A stretch of DNA of 47,135 nt from a virus (Duplodnaviria > Caudoviricetes), in IMG/VR virus record IMGVR_UViG_3300024331_000046, positions 1-47,135 of that record, one strand, 5' to 3'. The position numbers were made by a program, and so were the translations under genes. This document shows positions 45,244-47,135 of this stretch, in pieces. The first letter of the stretch is position 1, and each line of letters opens with the position of its first letter. The notes under the pieces were generated by a model that worked only from the letters and a program-made list of their open reading frames with translations, had not been told where the DNA came from and ran no database searches.

Positions 45244-45518
45244 CCGACATTCCACTGCTCTGCCCGGTTGAGCCGCACGAGATGCCCAAACCGATGAGGC
45301 GCGGGTTCGAAGACATCGTGGCGCGAGTGGTAGTGTCTGCTGCGGGCCACGGCTGGGGACGCGATCTTCTGCTGCGCGTTTACACCGCTGGCATCTTCCA
45401 TGGGGTTGAGCTTCAGAAGCGCGCCGCGTCAGCGATCGAAGCGCGAAGCGATGCGACACCGAAGAGTGGCGCAGCCCGTCAGGGCGAGAGCGCGGTGCCG
45501 AAGGCAGACGCCAAATGA
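45240..45518 (+). CDS. hypothetical protein (cassette 4 cargo)
   Basis: ATGA overlap; C-terminus reads through the element. Confidence 0.55.
   Translation: MTDIPLLCPVEPHEMPKPMRRGFEDIVARVVVSAAGHGWGRDLLLRVYTAGIFHGVELQKRAASAIEARSDATPKSGAARQGESAVPKADAK
45431..45513 (+). repeat. structured repeat element, right end of cassette 4
   Basis: AGCGATCGAAGCGCGAAGCGATGCGACACCGAAGAGTGGCGCAGCCCGTCAGGGCGAGAGCGCGGTGCCGAAGGCAGACGCCA. Confidence 0.85.
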
Positions 45519-45575
45519 CAGGAATGGCTGCAATAGAGGCGGTAGCTTTCGCTCAAATGGCTCTGCAGGGGAGGA

Positions 45576-46133
45576 ATGATGGGTAGCAGGACGGGTTGGG
45601 TCATTTTGCGTACCGCCGGCAAGAGCACGCTAGCCGTTGCCGAGCACCTCTCCAATGGCGGCTTCGGTGTATGGGCGCCGCAGCGGACCGTTACCAGGCG
45701 CTCCCCTCGCCGCAAGACGACACGCGAAATCACGGTGCCCATCCTGCCCTCGTTCGTGTTTGCTGATGCTACACACCTACACGCCTTGCTGATCCTGTCC
45801 GAGGCTCCCTCCAAGTCGTGTCCGGACTTCAGTGTGTTCAGATCCAATCGCGAGATACCGGTGATCTCTGGATGCGAGCTCGCCCCATTGCGGTTCATCG
45901 AGAAAGCAGAAGCCGATCGCCAGAAGAAGCGGCGGCAGATGAGCGGTAGGACGACACCGTTCCCAACAGGAGAAGTCATTCGCATCCACCAGGGTTCATT
46001 CGCTGGATTGTCGGGCGTGATTGAATCTGACGATGGTAGGTTTGCCGAGGTCTCGTTCGGCACGTTCAAGGTTAAGATTTCTACTTTCCTTCTGCGCGAT
46101 GATATGGCACAACATGCGGATATTGCCGCTTGA
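45576..46133 (+). CDS. NusG-family (NGN+KOW) antiterminator
   Basis: WVILRT, PILPSFVFA, KOW motif GEVIRIHQGSFAGLSGVI. Confidence 0.85.
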   Translation: MMGSRTGWVILRTAGKSTLAVAEHLSNGGFGVWAPQRTVTRRSPRRKTTREITVPILPSFVFADATHLHALLILSEAPSKSCPDFSVFRSNREIPVISGCELAPLRFIEKAEADRQKKRRQMSGRTTPFPTGEVIRIHQGSFAGLSGVIESDDGRFAEVSFGTFKVKISTFLLRDDMAQHADIAA

Positions 46134-46391
46134 GCGAGATTTTTGGAATCGCCGTTTGGCGCCCTCGCTCACACGTTGACCGGGACTGTGCGCCAGAGCG
46201 CCGCGCCGGGATTAAGTTCATATTGTCAAAGTTTCGGGCCTAGGCTCGACCCGGCACCGCATCTGCACCCTTCCCAAGGATAGCGAGTGCCGGGATACAT
46301 CTGAGAGGCCGGGCTAAAACCCCGATAAAACGGTTGGCGGTTATCCGGGCGCGACACAAGAAACCGCCGCTCATCACCAAGGGACACCGCA

Positions 46392-46664
46392 ATGCGTGAT
46401 GGTCTGATCGTTCTGGCTTGTTTGCTCGTGTCGCTATCCATGTGCATGATAGCCTACTCAGCAGGGAAGCTGCACCGGAAGCGTTACGATGCTCGTTGGT
46501 TCTGCCGGCCTAGCATTGATCCAAAGACGGTGGATTGGTCAGGATCGGTTGGTCGCACCAAGAGCGAAGTTCGGAGTTGGCTACCAACGGCGCACCGCGA
46601 TGCATCGCTGAGCAGGGCCATTGAGACAGGCGTTGCCCGTGCGGTTTATCGTAAGACGCGGTGA
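46392..46664 (+). CDS. hypothetical protein with N-terminal TM
   Basis: RBS AAGGGA; hydrophobic start. Confidence 0.45.
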   Translation: MRDGLIVLACLLVSLSMCMIAYSAGKLHRKRYDARWFCRPSIDPKTVDWSGSVGRTKSEVRSWLPTAHRDASLSRAIETGVARAVYRKTR

Positions 46665-46954
46665 CAATACAGCGCCTTCGTGGTCGTAAGGCAGTAGCCC
46701 AACGAGAGCGCAGACTAAGGCGAACCAACGGACTGTGTGAACGATGCCTCGGCATCAACCGCTGGAAGGGCAAAGGCACAGGCCGCGTATCCGTCGCAGT
46801 AGTCGTGAACCATATCCTGCCACTAGCTCATGGCGGCAGCGACGATGACGATAACGTCGAGAACCTGTGCCGACCATGCGATCTTATCGTCACCGCAGAG
46901 CAGTTTGGACACAAGCAGAAGCAAGAGATTGGAGCGGACGGATGGCCGGCCTAA
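46661..46954 (+). CDS. packaging-associated HNH endonuclease (HK97 gp74-like)
   Basis: LCERC, VNHILPLAHGG, NVENLCRPC, IGADGWP; precedes terS on the circular map. Confidence 0.85.
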   Translation: MTIQRLRGRKAVAQRERRLRRTNGLCERCLGINRWKGKGTGRVSVAVVVNHILPLAHGGSDDDDNVENLCRPCDLIVTAEQFGHKQKQEIGADGWPA

Positions 46955-47135
46955 TGCAACGTTTCGCCTGCGCTCTAGGGTTTCACGCCTACCAATTAGC
47001 GAAGTCTCTTAAGCGGGATCATTACCGCATGGAGTGCGAGCGCTGCGGGCAGGCATTTGAGGCTCCGATATACACAATTTAAACTCACCAGGGGGCGGGG
47101 GCTTATTTAAAATCTGATCCGTTCAAACTGGAAAC

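Noticed and set aside
31961-45513. Structured elements as intrinsic terminators, CRISPR repeats or known riboswitches
   Set aside because: They have no U-tracts, are translated through, occur in both orientations, and are dispersed rather than arrayed. I could not match them to c-di-GMP or other riboswitch consensus by eye; an Rfam scan is still needed.
7280-46133. Many proteins ending in -AA as ClpXP degrons
   Set aside because: Largely explained by the overlapping RBS/start of the next gene (GAGGCnGCnTGA/TAA); a degron role cannot be supported from sequence alone.
46205-46258. tRNA-like sequence GCCGGG...CCCGGCACC
   Set aside because: Too short and lacks D and T arm consensus; kept only as part of the structured leader.

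Overview
The window appears to be an essentially complete ~47 kb temperate siphovirus genome with HK97-type head genes, a GTA-like tail tip and probably cos packaging. The host is inferred to be an alphaproteobacterium, possibly a sphingomonad. Order: terS-terL-protease-capsid, an inserted methyltransferase/ParB-like/methyltransferase/glycosyltransferase block, portal, head-accessory genes (collagen-like, RTX-like, 878-aa repeat protein), neck and tail (with a -1 frameshifted chaperone), a reverse-strand moron with two Flp pilins, lysis genes (lysozyme stub, HNH, amidase, spanins), attP made of the 5' half of tRNA-Thr(UGU), integrase/xis, leftward early genes, a cI/cro switch, rightward early genes, a DNA methyltransferase, a NusG-like regulator and a packaging HNH. 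The most striking feature is a family of eight ~80-90 bp multi-hairpin elements. They form four outward-facing inverted pairs, each bracketing 1-3 accessory genes. One cassette interrupts a gene and is flanked by an 11-bp direct repeat, and translational coupling is preserved through the elements. This suggests a structured-end gene-cassette mobility system. All calls come from manual reading and motif recognition; no database searches were run.
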